Part shown: positions 13,541 to 26,382 of the stretch, piece by piece
Layout of the letters: each line of letters begins with the position of its first letter
Numbering within the stretch: position 1 is the first letter of the stretch
Origin: Eledone cirrhosa
Taxonomy: Eukaryota
Reading direction: 5' to 3'
Assembly: GCA_964016885.1 (NCBI GenBank)
Contig: OZ024744.1
Coordinates: forward strand, 7,874,001-7,938,000
DNA: 64,000 nt
Translations under genes and position numbers: made by a program
The notes under the pieces: model-generated
The model's input: the letters and a program-made list of their open reading frames with translations, nothing else
Databases searched by the model: none
Told to the model about the DNA's origin: nothing

Positions 13541-15500
13541 TCACGCTCTGGAGAGTGGGGTGGTGGTGGGGAACGACGTTTCGGGCATAAGCCCTTCCTC
13601 GGGTGAGAAGTGTGTGGGAACAGAGTTCAAAGGGTGTGTAGGGGAGTGGTGGAGAGACATAGAGCGAAAGGAAACGGTGCGAATGAAATTAAAAAAATAT
13701 ATATATATATATGAAAACAGGGAGAAATAGGGTACCCGTTCGTCTCCAGCACCTCGAGGAATCGCTTGGAATGTGCGACACCACTCGCGGGATCGCTGCA
13801 TCTGTTTTTGATTCGCGCGATCTCGTTCGTGATGTATCCTCTTTTGGCACTGTTAGGGAGGGCGGACTTGTAGTGAACGAACAGGTCCCTGCAGGCTGCC
13901 TTTCGGCAGAAGTTGGAGTGGATCCTTCCCTGTTCCGTGATGTTGATTCGGAACTCGAGGAGGGCAAGTGACCCATCTTCGTTGGGGTGTTCAACACTGA
14001 AGTCAATGTTCTCGTCCGTGTTGTTGAACGTCCCATAGATTCTGTTCGCCGTGTCTTGGGAAGATGTGAGGATGAGGATATCGTCCACGTACCTTGAGAA
14101 AAAGGCGACGGCGTTGGGGTGGCAGGCGTTCAATGCTTTGCGTTCGAGGTTGTCCATGTAGGAGATCGCTAGCACACCTGATAGGCTTGATCCCATGGGC
14201 AATCCCGAGGTTTATTGGTATATTTGGTCAAGGAATCTGGAAGTAGGTGTTGTCGACGACAATGGATAGGAGTTGGTGGATGTCAGTGGTGGTGAGCCCG
14301 AAGCAGTGTAGGTCGGTGGATTGGACGCGACTACATCAAGGCTGAAGGTATATCTGTTATTCTTTCTGGTGTCGGGATCCATTTGATGCAGGCGCTCCAA
14401 CACCTCCTCGGAGCTGTTAACGTGTCCAGGCAAGGTGTCTAAGATGGGTTTAAGTATTCTGGCTAGGAGCCATGAAATTTTGTAGAGTGGTCCTTCCTCG
14501 CTCGATACAATGGGCCTGATCTTCAGGTCGGGTCCCTATTTGTGTGTTTTCACGAGGTGGTAGAAGGCGAGTAGTCTGCTGTTCCTCGTGAGGAGGTTGT
14601 ATCTGAGCTTCTTCGGGAGCTTCCGCCGGTCGCAGATGTTGGTCCAGGCGGTGTTGATGTGCTCTTCAATCTGCGCGGGAGTCATTCCCGTGACCTTGGA
14701 ATAGAGGTTGTCATTGTCAAGGTGTTGGAGGGCCAGGGTGTTGTAGGCCTCTCTGCTGATGACGCAGAATTCTTTTCCCTTGTCGGAGGGGAGATAGATG
14801 AGGTTCTTCGATTTTAGGTTGGAGAGGGTGGTGAGTTGAGATTTGGTGAGGTTATGTGTTGTGCGTGTGTGTGTGTGTTTGTGAAGTATATCCGAGATGG
14901 AGTGTTTTAGCCTGATGAGTTTAGAGTCGAGTTCGTGGTTGGTGGATGGATGGGGTGGAGTGGGTTGTCGGGGTGGTAAGTGGGGAACTTGGGGTGGGTT
15001 GCGTGGGCGCTGTTATTTATTATTTTTTTTTTCTGTGGCGCTGTTGATGGCGGTCACCCATTTAAGTTGGTAAGCGGCTCGACAAAAGTTGGCCTCGATG
15101 TTGAGTTTGTGTCTGTCGTCGAGACGTTGTGAGACGATGAACTTGGGTCCGAGGTGTAGGAGTTTCAGCTCGTCGCTCGTGAGAATGCCGGTTAGGTCGG
15201 TGACCAGGTGCGTCGCATCGTTGAGGTGTGGCTCGGTGTTGGTGGATGCGGCGGTGGCGTTTGTTAAGTTGTTCTTTTCCACGTGGTTCTGGTCCGTCTG
15301 TTCGTTAGTGTCGATGTTCTCGTTGTGGCGTTTCGACAAGATTCACTCATATTTTCGCTTGAGCCGTTTTTTCTCGTATTGGACTCTGGAGTGGTAGCAC
15401 TGGTCGATTGCTTTAGTGATTTTCAGGAGCAAGTCGCCGGGTGCTATTGACAGTCGATGTGTCCGCTCTGAGAGTGTCCGACAGAAGCAAAATGAGGTGG
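13541..15500 (-). mobile_element. Penelope-like element 1: degenerate YVDD-type RT, no GIY-YIG domain visible
   Basis: Joined frames give LLHLGPKF, SDKGKEFCVIS, FYHLVKTHK, IRPIVS, FSLDVVA, GLPMGSSLSGVLA, RYVDDIL and the thumb region ending LETNGYP. Stops, frameshifts and a deletion after motif A are present. Confidence 0.88.
13627..14202 (-). pseudogene. PLE reverse transcriptase palm/thumb fragment
   Basis: ORF track 191 aa with PMGSSLS and YVDD motifs. Confidence 0.88.
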
Positions 15501-15667
15501 CTGGTTTAAGTTAACAAACGATGCAGCAACACACGCACACACACAAGCGAGACAACAACACACACACACACACACAATAGCATTCCACCATACGAACATA
15601 CTACACTGCCTATACAGAGGAGCAAAGCAACAACACACGCACACACACACTCAAGCGAGGCAACAAC

Positions 15668-15704
<37 letters not shown>

Positions 15705-16200
15705 CATTTAACAAACAGGCAGAGAAAGGACTGACAGCTAGCGCCACCCCACTCCCACAATTGAAAGAACTACTTCGGCCGCTGACTTCTGCCCGACCGA
15801 CCCCATTTCACGCGCACGCGCGCTCTGCTGAATACCTCAGATATTCAAAACAACGAACAACGGAGGACGCGTTTCGCACCTTTCAGACAGACAACCTTTC
15901 CCCCACCCCGGAAAAAACCCCAGTTGATGGATGTGAATCCGAAATATATAGAGACAATTAAATCTCTCCCAAGGTAACTCTCTCTCGTGTTGTTATTTTT
16001 ATTTTATCCTTTATGCTCTTTCCTTCATTCCTCTACACGTCTTATACACGCCACGCATCTCAACGTACACCCACTTACATCTCTCTCTCCACCAGCGGAT
16101 CTTGTTACCCGGAGATTTATCCATTTGCATTGTCGAGGCTTCCAAACGACTTAAAGAAATTTACCTTATTATTCCACAATGCTTCAAGCAAACTTCAATA

Positions 16201-16203
<3 letters not shown>

Positions 16204-16262
<59 letters not shown>

Positions 16263-17071
16263 AAATGGGTGGTGGTTGAAATTCAGATGTGCACGGTTAA
16301 ATGATAGTAGACGTGGTCGGACGGATATGAAAATGTAAACACCTATGTAAAAAGTGCCAAGGAAGCAAATAGACGAGGTTTCAAATCTCTAACTTGAAAA
16401 ATGTGGTCCCTAGGGCCCCCAAACGGTCTATTTACTATCGTGTTCGGTGAGTTATTTCTCCCTGTTCTAATACTTGGCTGAGTTATTTACAATTTCATAC
16501 AATTTATTTTAACTCATCAACGTTCTTTCGCTGTTAACAAACAGAACCAATAATTTGAAAAATATTATTGAAAGTTTATTATCAAGAAGCAGTTTCAGGA
16601 AAAAGTGTAAACTATCATACAAACCTTCATAATATGCATTTTTAAACTTGCATATCATCGACATTGCTATTTCGCTGTTAATAAACTATCATCCTTCTAC
16701 ATTTAACGATCATACAGTGCCGTTTTATGAAATCGATTCTGCAGTACGGTCACTGTTTTCCATCAAAAGAAATAAAACCCTTAAATTGCGAAGAAGGGAC
16801 GCGTGTTTTTATTTTAATTCTAATACATGTTAACCACCACTAAGAGTAAGTAGTATTTTTTCAAATTGCATATCATCGACATTGCTATTTCGCTGTTAAT
16901 AAACAACGCTTTTCACGTCGCTCCACTTCTCATTGTACGGCGTCCAGCCCCAAGTGCATATTTCTATTTTTTTTCCTGAAACTGCTTCTTTATAATAAAC
17001 TTTCAATAATATTTTTCAAATTATTAACTTAATAAAAAGTGGCCCCGGGTGCAAGCGGGCTCAGCTGCTAG
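16204..17071 (+). mobile_element. Putative non-autonomous Helitron-like element
   Basis: 3' end is a GC-rich hairpin (GGCCCCGG..GCGGGC, 17041-17060) a few nt before CTAG (17068-17071) followed by T. Internal ~57-bp inverted repeat at 16549-16605/16971-17026 and ~42-bp direct repeat at 16644/16863. The 5' boundary is uncertain. Confidence 0.45.
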
Positions 17072-17094
17072 TATATATATTTATATATATTCTC

Positions 17095-17133
<39 letters not shown>

Positions 17134-17559
17134 TTCACGATGTTGCAGGTGTGCAACGAAAAAACTTTGTTAGACTATATATATGTGTTTGTGTCTATAT
17201 TATATCTGTATTTTTTACCGTTGGTCAGTCAATGGTAAACATTGGGGACCGAATAAATTAAATTAACCGATATAAAAGACACAGAAGCGAAAACCAACCA
17301 AACAGTGAATGTGTTCTGTTATTAATTCTGGCAATATTATTACACCAATATGGCCCTCCCCAAGTATAGCAATATATATATATATATATAATACAATATG
17401 TAGAGAAGATAACACACCACATAGAGAGATGTTGCGATATCAGTCAAACAGGGAAAAACCACCAGTGTATGGAATCTATAACCCATGGAAGGCAAAATAG
17501 ACACATAATAATTAAAAGTATAAATCACAGTGCAAATACGTACCTTGATAACTATCTAA

Positions 17560-17640
17560 TACACACGTACAAATCCAAAAGATCTGTTTCACCAAATAAG
17601 TTGACAGAAAAGATTAGCCCATGGTTCATCAGCGTGTGTA
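17560..17640 (-). ncRNA. Type I hammerhead ribozyme (mirror copy)
   Basis: Reverse complement of the 17846-17924 motif, with 8-bp stem I TACACACG/CGTGTGTA and an intact core. Confidence 0.88.
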
Positions 17641-17845
17641 AGGCTATACATTTCAGACAACTCTAAAAGAATCTAAAGCGACCGTCCAGCACACGTGGTA
17701 GAGAGAATTCACAGCGTGCCTAGGGTAGTAAGCAGTGGACTCCGAGGGACTGCTTACTACCCTAGGCACGCTGTGAATTCTCTCTCCCACGTGTGCTGGA
17801 CGGTCGCTTTAGATTCTTTTAGAGTTGTCTGAAATGTATAGCCTT

Positions 17846-17924
17846 ACACACGCTGATGAACCATGGGCTAATCTTTTCTGTCAACTTATTTGGTGAAACA
17901 GATCTTTTGGATTTGTACGTGTGT
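17846..17924 (+). ncRNA. Type I hammerhead ribozyme with full stem III
   Basis: ACACACG-CTGATGA-ACCA..TGGT-GAAAC-AGATC TTTT GGATTT-GTA-CGTGTGT. All three stems pair and cleavage is predicted after 17917. Confidence 0.9.
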
Positions 17925-18262
17925 GTTAGATAGTTATCGAGGTATGTATTTACACTTTAATTTATACTTTTAATTATTGTGTGTCTACTCTGCCTTCCAT
18001 GGGTTATAGATTTCATACACTGGTGGTTTTTCCCGGTTTGACTGATAGCGCAACATCTCTCTCTCTCTCTCTCTCTCTCTCTGGTGTGTTGTCTTTTCAA
18101 CATATTGTATTATAAAGGGCTCGGGATTCCTTCTCCTTTGAGCACTTTAATGACAGGGAATAGCGAGAGTCTATGGCTCCGTTAATTTATCATTATATAT
18201 ATATATATATTATAAAAATTATAAAAATAGACAAAGAAGCCTTCAATACATCAAAAGTCTTT

Positions 18263-18312
18263 ATTAGCCTACAATGTTTCGTCCCATTAATAAGGACTCA
18301 TCAGGGCAATTA
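18263..18312 (-). ncRNA. Minimal type I hammerhead in 3' pLTR of PLE2
   Basis: GCC-CTGATGA-GTCC..GGAC-GAAAC-ATT-GTA-GGC, with short near-palindromic stem III ACATTGT. Confidence 0.88.
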
Positions 18313-19969
18313 AACAGATAAGAAGCATTAACGGCCAGAACAAGCCAAAATTCGGAAGAATAGGGAATTCATATCCATGAAAGCTTATGAGAGATATGAA
18401 GGAAAAGCATGCTAAAGCTAAAAGTTTGCAGTTATAAAAATAGATTATATGACAAGAAAGTGAGTAAAATGTCAAACCAACGTTGAAATTACAGTATAAT
18501 ACAAATACATTAAATACAACATGGTAACATGACAATTACAATACAATATAATGGGTAATAAAGCTTAATATATGTATATATATATACATCCATATATATA
18601 CACATTTACACAAACACATACTAACACTTAATAAGTATAAATATACTCTTTATAATATAAAATAAAAACACCCTGACGGTGCGTATAAACTATACAAAAA
18701 ATAAAATAAACTATACAAAAAATAAGCTATACAAGAAATAATATAATAATATACTGACATCAAAAATATACAAAACTACATCATACATATCACTTAATGT
18801 CAACAAATTGTATATAAAGTTTTACACAGGGCAAGAAAAAATATCTTAATAAAACTGGAGTATGTTGAAAAATATATATATATACATAGATACATAAGTA
18901 CATAAAGTATTGATAATAAGTATATAGAGGTATATGCAGTTTACATTCATAATATTACAAAATATTATAAAATATAACAAAACAGTACCTTAAATATCAG
19001 ACATATATTAATACGTATAATTCCATTACATAGAAATAATATGATATATAAATATTAATATTATAATGATAAATAATATAATAATATAAAAATATAAAAG
19101 CAGACTGGCAGAGTCAATTGAAAATGTTTAAGAGATATTTACGCGATTAATATATTAATATAGGGAGGCATGTTATGATGCAAAGTATATTATAGGAAGA
19201 CAAAACAGCAAGTGGTAGTGAAGAAGTAATGATGATGATGATAGGAAGACAGACATCAAGTGGTAGTAAAAAAATAAATTAAATTAAATAAAACGAAGAA
19301 CAAAAACAAATAACAAAAACAAGCACAGTACGTAGGTATAACGATTCATTATGTAAATATAGAAGGTATTACTATTCTAAACTAAAGAGTTGAATAGTAA
19401 ACCTTATTAAATTAATTAATATTAAAATTGCCTAAAAGATATTATTAGTAAGTCTAAATGGAATCAAGTTTAAGTCATCAAAGTCGTATAAAATTATGAT
19501 ATTTCAATAAAAACTATAATATAATACATTACGATCCGATCAGATGAATTACGTTATCAAAGAAAAAACTCTAAATAAAACTATGGTAGACCAATGGGAA
19601 CAGAAAGAAGTGAAACTATGGAGGATAGGAAGGATCATAAAAGTAAAAGTTAATATATAATATAATAAAAAGGAGTATAAAAGTAGAATTAATATATAAT
19701 ATAATAAAAAGGGGCGAATATGAAGTGTGGAAAGGAGGAGGTTCATTAATTTTAGATGTAGGAGACTCAAAATTAAACTATTCAATAAGATACAAACTTA
19801 CAAGGCGATAATATTGAGTAAAAATGTAATAATGTTTAAGATGATAGATATGGTGAGGTAGCTAATACGACTATGAAAACTAAAATTCGAAAATTGAAAC
19901 AACCGTAGAAAATTAATAATAATGGTAATAAAGATAAACTAAAACCAAAGAGATAGGGAAATATAGCAG

Positions 19970-20647
19970 CTAATGGATACGGTTTAAACTACCGGAACTT
20001 TTAGGTCTATAATAGAAGAAAGAATTAGAAATGGCATGCGGACAGGAAGAAAATATCTCAGATTTTCTATTAAGCAATATGCTCCTAGAGAAAATTATAG
20101 AATGGGTCTCTAGGATACAAAGATTACAGAATTTAGTGTGTGTTGATAGGTGATTAGAGTGTGCTACTATTCGCCAATTTAGGCTATATGGTATACCAGC
20201 CCCTTTTAAATCCCAGATATGGTATGCCAAAGAAGTAGAGTTCTTAAACTTGATATGCTTAAAATTAGAAATATGTGAATTAAACCTAGTTTTAAAAGTA
20301 TTAGATGTGGAGCCTATATAAGTGCTACAAGAAGAATTAGTCTTAACTTCACAAGCATAAACAATGTTCCTAGAGAGGCAGTGACCATTTAAAGGGCAGT
20401 TATTACTTACTCTACAGTTACACTTCCGGGTACTCGTGACTAGCTGATTACGCGATGCATTATTCCTAGGGTTATTATAAGATAAGATCTGCTCGGGCGG
20501 TAAGTTATCAATAGAGCTATCCAGATTAGCAGTACGCAAAGAGGAGTAGCTATCCCTAATTTTCCTATTGTTAGTGCTAGCTAGATGAGAATTAATGTTA
20601 GGGGTGGTAGAGAAGGAAAGTTTAATTACGTTTTTATTATATACCAT
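19970..20647 (-). pseudogene. PLE2 GIY-YIG endonuclease domain
   Basis: CNCR..CPLNGHCL, IVY..YIGST, FKTRFNSH, CNLC..E and LNRKSEI..CPH motifs. Confidence 0.9.
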
Positions 20648-21256
20648 GATATTTATTAGTAGGAGGGAAATTTTTCTCTTAGATAGAAAAGAAAGACCTA
20701 GGGATATTAGTTAATACTTCATGGTCAAAAGGCGGGTTAAAGTGAGTATTGAGTCTTCTCCTATTCCTACCTTTACTATCTCTACCGTAATCTGGTATCC
20801 TATTAATAGGATCAGGGTTAATATGAGGATCAGTTGAATTAACACTATTAGAAGCAGTTAAAACATTACTACTGAGTGAATGTTCAGAGCCTATCCTGCT
20901 CCCTAGAACTGATCTCGATATGCGTACCATTAGACTCACTAATCCGACTACTATTTCGGTAGTTAAACTTAGGGTTCGGTTTGGATATATCTATAATATA
21001 TTTATGATTCCTATGTTTTCTACTCCCATTCAAGGCCATATTATGGGATATTACGTTATTATGGGTAATCGGAGTCATTTCAAGGTTGTCGTCCTTATAA
21101 TGTATTTTACCAGAGTAACCTGAGTTAGCTAGGGCGTTATTATAATACTCTGCATGTGAATTAAAGATTCCTATATCCTTAGAGAGTGTGGAGATTCTAT
21201 TAGATACACCATTAATTATAGAACTAATTATAGATTTAGGGTGGTTGGAATTGGGA

Positions 21257-22543
21257 TTAACGTGAGAGTGTCTCATTAGGCTTGTGGAAGGGTTTATAAT
21301 CATTAGTGGCCAAGTCTAATGTCACATCTAAAAAGTTGACTGCTCTATTATTCTTATCAATCGTGATCGAAAGGTTAAAATTTTTAACAAATTTATAAAG
21401 TTTCTTCCTATTATGCTCAATGTTATTAGTGCTAGAGTTTATCATAAATAATGCATCGTCACGATAAAGTCCCCCTTTAAGGTGCTGAAAGCTAACATAC
21501 AGTTCGTTCAAGAGGAACAGCCCAACAAGGTCAGTTACCTGGGCCGAATCACTCGAACCCATTGTAACGTCAAAGTTGTTGGGTGTGTTTTTACGCGTCC
21601 AAAGAGTATCTTCGAATTTGATTATAGTCCTACGGGCGGCTAGTATAACATCTATCTGGGGTCGCGTAAGACTAGACATTCTCATGGCCATAATTAAGGC
21701 CTTATTAAGGAGGATAGGTGAAATCGACGTGTAATAGGCGTCTATATCAAACTGGATAAACCTACTAGACTCAAGTTTATTGATACCAGAGAACCAATCT
21801 ATGACATCCCTAGTATTCTCCCATAGATTAAAATGAACCTTTTCCCTAACGGTAGGTATAATCAGGTCAAGGATTTTCTTACTAATTATAGCTATATCAG
21901 ACTTAGAGGGACTGATAAGTCTAACAGAAGGATTACTTATAAAGTCTACCTTATGATCCTTAAGTGTGAATCTCGGTTCCCTAGGGTAATATGGTTGGGT
22001 ATACTTATCAAGACCCAGATCCGAAACTATCTTGAGGCCCTCATTATTGATTTGATCCAAATTATCCTGCGTTGTCTTTTTGTAATTGTTATGCAGCTCC
22101 TTATAAATAAAACTACGGTAAGTAATATAATCTATAGAGTAAAGATTCTTAGTTTTGTCAGCCGGGACAAGAATAGACTTACTCCCTTTAAAATCCTTAA
22201 CAATATTCCTAAGTTTAAACTGGAACCTGTCAAATTTATTATAGTTCCCATAGTTATTATGCGGCTTATATTTTATATTTTTGACAAGGGAAAGTAAATC
22301 GTTCTCAAAATTATCTAATAGAACATTATTCGGTGGACTTTTATAAGTCTTGAAGCCAAAGTTATTGAATGGAGTCTTATCCCGGGGGTTAGTCCTATTC
22401 CTGTTAATATCAAAGTGGAAAGCACGCCATCTAATCCTTTTTAGGAAGGAGTTAACGCTAGCAATCAAGAGTTTTTCATAAGTATTTCTAGAGGGGATGG
22501 GAATATTCTTCAGAGATAAAGGCAAGTAGCTCTTTGTTAGCAT
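21257..22543 (-). pseudogene. PLE2 reverse transcriptase (428-aa frame), frameshifted to the thumb/linker at 21303-20679
   Basis: ADKT, LKDHK, VRLISP, FIQFDIDAYYTSI, MGSSDSAQVTDLVG, GLYRDD and NFLDVTLDL motifs. Confidence 0.92.
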
Positions 22544-22759
22544 ACTGTCAGATATATATAAAGGTCAAAACACCAGTATATAGGAAAAAGCTCAACCAAT
22601 CGGGAGCCGTAATAAGAATTAAAATACTAGAGTGCGTTGGAGTAAAACACACTCGACGTATTATAGAAATGACAGTATAGGATATAGCTCAATGTAATAC
22701 AACAGAGCGGAAAAATTATAAAAATAGACAAAGAAGCCTTCAATACATCAAAAGTCTTT

Positions 22760-22809
22760 ATTAGCCTACAATGTTTCGTCCCATTAATAAGGACTCATCA
22801 GGGCAATTA
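22760..22809 (-). ncRNA. Minimal type I hammerhead in 5' pLTR of PLE2
   Basis: Identical to the 18263-18312 motif. Confidence 0.88.
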
Positions 22810-23362
22810 AACAGATAAGAAGCATTAACGGCCAGAACAAGCCAAAACTCGGAAGAATAGTGAATTCATATCCATGAAAGCTTATGAGAGATATCAAGGA
22901 AAAGCATGCTAAAGCTAAAAGTTTGCAGTTATAAAAATAGATTATATGACAAGAAAGTGAGTAAAATGTCAAACCAACGTTGAAATTACAGTATAATACA
23001 AATACATTAAATACAACATGGTAACATGACAATTACAATACAATATAATGGGTAATAAAGCTTAATATATGTATATATATATATACATCCATATATATAT
23101 ACACATTTACACAAACACATACTAACACTTAATATGTATAAATATACTCTTTATAATATAAAATAAAATACTGTAATTATATACTGTAATTTCAACGTTG
23201 GTTTGACATTTTACTCACTTTCTTGCCATATAATCTATTTTTATAACTGCAAACCTTTAGCTTTAGCATGCTTTTCCTTCATATCTCTCATAAGCTTTCA
23301 TGGATATGACTTCCCTATTCTCCGAGTTTTGGCTTGTTCCGGCCGTTAATGCTTCTTATCTG

Positions 23363-23420
23363 TTTAATTACTCTGATGAGTCCTTATTAATTAATGGAAC
23401 GAAACATTGTAGGCTAATAA
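23363..23420 (+). ncRNA. Hammerhead in the inverted pLTR of PLE2, partly degenerate
   Basis: CTGATGA-GTCC..GGAAC-GAAACATTGTA. The core is intact but stems I and II have mismatches. Confidence 0.65.
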
Positions 23421-23561
23421 AGACTTTTGATGTATTGAAGGCTTCTTTGTCTATTTTTATAATTTTTCCGCTCTGTTGTATTACATTGAGCTATATCCTA
23501 TACTGTCATTTCTATAATACGACGAGTGTGTTTTACTCCAACGCACTCTAGTATTTTAATT

Positions 23562-24410
<849 letters not shown>

Positions 24411-24420
24411 TATCACTTTT

Positions 24421-24456
<36 letters not shown>

Positions 24457-24738
24457 AGATCAAAAGATGGTTAAAAGAGTTCCATGTATTTTATTATGCG
24501 CATTTCAAAAACAAATATCATCATGCGATGACATTTGCGTTTTCGTCAGATAAAATAGGGAGAGATGATATGAAGGTTAAAAAACACTTGTGAATAGTGC
24601 AGTTTTAAATCAACATATGAAAAGTAGTTTAAGATTGATGTGTGATATTGGGGAAAAAATGAGGGGGGTGTTGGAAAGGATGAAAAAGAGGAGGAGATAT
24701 CTGCATTGCTTTATTGTGCTACAATAAAACTCACCTCC

Positions 24739-24784
<46 letters not shown>

Positions 24785-24790
<6 letters not shown>

Positions 24791-24940
24791 TAATAATAAT
24801 AAATATGAAGACTAAAATCCAATGAGGGCTCGATAAGGATATAAATATATTTCAAATATATAAGAACCGCAGAGCAAATATTTATTAAAATAACAGATTA
24901 AAGTTTAAGCAAAGAATCGGTGCTTTCACCCTTAACGGAA
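24785..24940 (-). repeat. Solo pLTR fragment of the PLE4 family
   Basis: Homologous to the reverse complement of 33388-33525 and to 30822-30890. It sits between (TA)n tracts. Confidence 0.75.
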
Positions 24941-25105
24941 TATATATATCTGTATGTTTAACCGTTGGTCAATCAATGATAAACATTGATTGCCAAATAA
25001 ATTAACTATGGAGATTTAAAAGATATAAAAGCGAAAATCAATCAAACAGTAAGTGTGTTCTGTTATTATTTCTGGCAATATTATTACAATATGTGTAACA
25101 AGTAT

Positions 25106-25168
<63 letters not shown>

Positions 25169-25433
25169 GGAAAAAATGAAACGAAATTTCATTTCTCACT
25201 CTTAGTACGGCTGTTACTTAAATATAAATATGTATACGTACATACATATGTATACAGACGTACAGTAGTATGTATATATATATATATACATACATGCACA
25301 CATATATATATGTACGTATGGAATCACCGAACATTTATTATAATGCTCGGTGTGATTGTAAACAAACATCCCGAATTAAGCCGTACAGTGTCTAGCAACC
25401 ATCGTTGCTCGTGGTTCAACACTGACAAAGGAA

Positions 25434-25474
25434 CGCTGTACTAGTTTCAAGCTTATTAGCTATCGTCAGCAACG
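25434..25474 (-). ncRNA. Minimal type I hammerhead
   Basis: CGTTG-CTGACGA-T-AGCT AATA AGCT-T-GAAAC-TA-GTA-CAGCG, with palindromic stem III ACTAGT. Confidence 0.75.
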
Positions 25475-25990
25475 TATACCTTCTTGCCAGATGATTGAAC
25501 GTCTGAAAGTATATACTTTCCTTATGCATATTAATGGCTGAGCAGCCTAATTTGCATATCGAGTGAGTTTATCGGCCGGGGCACCGAAAACGATAAACGG
25601 AAAAAATGAAACAAAATTTAATTTCTCATTCCTAGTACGGCTGTTACTTAAATATAAGTATGTATACGTACATACATATATGTATACAGACGTACAGTAG
25701 TATGTATATATATATATACTACTGTACGTCTGTATTCATATATGTATGTACGTATACATACTTATATTTAAGTAACAGCAGTATGTATATATATATACAG
25801 TATGTATATATATATATATACAGCAGTATGTATATATATATATACATACATGCACACATATATATATGAACGTATGGATTCACCGAACATATATTATAAT
25901 GCTCGGTGTGTTTGTAAACAAACATCCCGAATTAAGCCGTACAGTGTCTAGCAACCATCGTTGCTCATTTGTTCAACACTGACAAAGGAA

Positions 25991-26031
25991 TGCTGTACTA
26001 GTTTCAAGCTTATTAGCTATCGTCAGCAACG
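25991..26031 (-). ncRNA. Minimal type I hammerhead (second tandem unit)
   Basis: Same motif as 25434-25474. Confidence 0.75.
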
Positions 26032-26382
26032 TATACCTTCCTGCCAGATGATTGAACGTCTGAAAGTATATACTTTCTTTATGCATATAAACGGCTGAGC
26101 AGCCTAATTTGCATATCGAGTGATTTGCATACAGTCCATTATTATAATGCTCAGTATTTTATACTTGGAGCTTAATAATTACAGGGTTTCAATAAGAGTT
26201 ATTAACTCTAATTTTCATTTATATTTCGGCTCCCTCACAAGTTGAGCTTATTAAGTTGCGTGTGTTGGACTGTTTTTTCTAACCAATACACGCTTACCAC
26301 GTTTGACTTGCGGTGCACGAGGTGATAAATTCATCTTTCTGTGTGAACGTTGGTACATAGTGTTTGTCGCATTTAATCAGAT

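Larger units (their letters stand above)
17387..18114. repeat. Long palindrome (~350-bp arms, 12-nt loop) of a hammerhead-bearing non-coding element
   Basis: 17387-17736 is the reverse complement of 17749-18114. The loop is GGACTCCGAGGG and the left end abuts (TA)n. Confidence 0.95.
18211..23566 (-). mobile_element. Penelope-like element 2: near full length, RT + GIY-YIG, direct pLTRs and a 5' inverted pLTR
   Basis: Direct repeat at ~18214-18668 and ~22711-23168. Inverted copy at 23179-23566 of 22612-22996. ORF pieces run 22543 to 19970, and both ends abut (TA)n. Confidence 0.93.
25165..26125 (-). mobile_element. Tandem ~430-bp retrozyme-like repeat (about 2.2 units) with minimal hammerheads
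   Basis: AAACGGAAAAAATGAAAC recurs at 25165 and 25595. Hammerheads at 25434-25474 and 25991-26031. Octamer ATTTGCAT at 25550-25557 and ~26107. Confidence 0.8.

Noticed and set aside
15915-15955. GGAT-GTGA-ATCC-GAAA hairpin as a hammerhead
   Set aside because: The upstream core (CAGTTGA) and stem I do not fit; at best a remnant.
18287-18535. Hydrophobic 82-aa ORF duplicated at 22784-23032
   Set aside because: It lies in the AT-rich pLTR overlapping the ribozyme, and the duplication is explained by the pLTR.
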